From NCBI GenBank assembly GCA_963803975.1, contig CAWDOY010000047.1:32001-96000 (forward strand): 64,000 nt of DNA. The letters are read 5' to 3'. The notes under the pieces were generated by a model, which was given only the letters and a program-made list of their open reading frames with translations, was not told the DNA's origin and made no database searches. The stretch comes from an uncultured delta proteobacterium (lineage in GTDB: Bacteria; Desulfobacterota; WTBG01; CAIYCZ01). A program made the position numbers and the translations under genes. This document shows, piece by piece, positions 63,791 through 64,000 of the stretch; positions within the stretch are counted from its first letter, which is position 1, and every line of letters starts with the position of its first letter.

Positions 63791-64000
63791 CTAACCTTCC
63801 GCCTTAAGCTTTTTCATCTCCTGCGTCATGGCAGGCACTACTTTAAATAGATCATCAACAATACCGTAGTCACATTTGGAGAATATGGGTGCTTCAGCGT
63901 CCTTGTTGACGGCTACAATCACCTTGGAGGTTCCCATGCCGGCATAGTGCTGTATTGATCCAGAGATACCGCAGGCGATATACAGATTGGGCGACACCAC
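63791..64000 (-). CDS. etfA: Electron transfer flavoprotein alpha subunit, C-terminal part (partial)
   Basis: [36 protein letters not shown]...DYGIV.DLF. Confidence 0.95.
   Translation of the reverse strand: MVSPNLYIACGISGSIQHYAGMGTSKVIVAVNKDAEAPIFSKCDYGIVDDLFKVVPAMTQEMKKLKAEG

Overview
Chromosomal, mostly core-genome window from an anaerobic deltaproteobacterium-like organism (Desulfobacterota-type gene order; inferred from synteny, not from a database search). Left to right: (1) start of an rRNA operon on the minus strand (16S, tRNA-Ile, tRNA-Ala, 5' end of 23S); (2) zapB-zapA-[structured RNA]-rny-ymdB-tyrS; (3) deacetylase, tatA/B-tatC and a dnaJ paralog; (4) an unusual resB-resC(ccsA)-exported CbiX-fold lipoprotein operon; (5) a DUF6922/AbiEii-type toxin-antitoxin pair and hrcA-grpE; (6) lipB-lipA-U32-four-helix-bundle-U32; (7) a fused PFOR followed by a TetR-TolC-MFP-RND cassette bracketed by a 90-bp perfect direct repeat; (8) xerC-hslVU-argBDFGH-FN3 lipoprotein-lysA-dapF-dapA-parvulin; (9) DUF1846, adenosine deaminase, apbE, lpxH, tRNA-Met, DUF362, yjgA and aldehyde:ferredoxin oxidoreductase; (10) a divergent GT1/BAHD-like acyltransferase pair, a MITE, and etfA-EMO/HdrF-heptahaem cytochrome c. 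The best candidates for something new are: many intergenic 7-8-nt-period inverted repeat stems, one enclosing a whole four-helix-bundle gene and another of the same family empty; the non-canonical CcsBA plus exported chelatase operon; and a ~334-nt rod-like RNA at the 6S RNA position. At least nine genes, including housekeeping ones, carry small frameshifts that are most likely sequencing or assembly indels.
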